Shown here one piece after another: positions 63,703-64,000 of a DNA stretch of 64,000 nucleotides; positions within the stretch are counted from its first letter, which is position 1, and each line of letters begins with the position of its first letter. The translations under genes and the position numbers were made by a program. This DNA comes from a virus. The stretch spans positions 1 to 64,000 of the IMG/VR virus record IMGVR_UViG_3300027747_003046; one strand, written 5' to 3'. The notes under the pieces are model-generated. The model saw only the letters and a list, made by a program, of their open reading frames with translations, did no database searches and was not told where the DNA came from.

Positions 63703-64000
63703 TGAGTATTAAAAGATACGTTGCGAACAAAGATACAACAATAACAAATGCTTACATGGCAAATCTCAAAACAAGAGCCGAACATTCAAATATGGGCGAA
63801 TCTGATATATTAGAGATTTTCTCACTATATGGACAAGCAAATACCTCTTCATCAGAACTTAGCAGAGTTTTATTAGATTTCCCAGTTTCTAAAATTCTTG
63901 AAGATAGAAATAATTTATTGTTACCAGTCAGCGGTAATGTTCAGTTTATGCTGAAGTTGAGCAATGCCGAGCATGGCAATACAACACCAAGAAAATTTAA
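63702..64000 (+). CDS. structural protein (partial, runs off the window)
   Basis: TAATG coupling; MSIKRYVANKDTTITNAY...SRVLLDF open to the end. Confidence 0.75.
   Translation, partial: MSIKRYVANKDTTITNAYMANLKTRAEHSNMGESDILEIFSLYGQANTSSSELSRVLLDFPVSKILEDRNNLLLPVSGNVQFMLKLSNAEHGNTTPRKF

Noticed and set aside
1-64000. Stop-codon reassignment as in some jumbo phages
   Set aside because: Conserved genes are full length in the standard code, all three stops end genes, and no suppressor tRNA is seen

Overview
This window is part of a large tailed (myovirus-like, probably jumbo) bacteriophage genome, almost entirely coded on the + strand in the standard bacterial code. (1) About 1-14,350 is an early/host-takeover region. 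It holds short transcription units, each with a near-consensus sigma70 promoter and an intrinsic terminator, a MoxR-type AAA ATPase plus VWA/metallopeptidase pair, two tandem arrays of small paralogous ORFs, and three tRNAs. Five of these promoters share a rigid composite architecture: helically phased GATC repeats, then 40-41 bp to an IHF-like site, then 22-23 bp to the -35 box. This is the most novel-looking signal in the window. (2) About 14,350-14,560 is a non-coding C-tract/repeat junction, a possible genome end or packaging site. (3) About 14,600-41,700 is an AT-rich middle/late region: kinase, UvsE, Nudix, DEDD exonuclease, a ligase-like/HIGH nucleotidyltransferase fusion, dCMP deaminase, SpoU methyltransferase, PhoH and a PD-(D/E)XK exonuclease. 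It also has nine more tRNAs (including rare Ser-ACT and Ile-TAT) with free-standing homing endonucleases, and an oriC-like GATC cluster near 27.5 kb. (4) 41,724-50,904 is a glycosylation cluster (GT4/GT2/GT47/GT11-like, gmd, fcl, two FkbM). Its first gene is split by a 279-nt group I intron that sits directly behind a free-standing endonuclease. (5) 50,920-64,000 holds a late sigma factor and baseplate genes. All calls come from reading motifs by eye; no searches were run.
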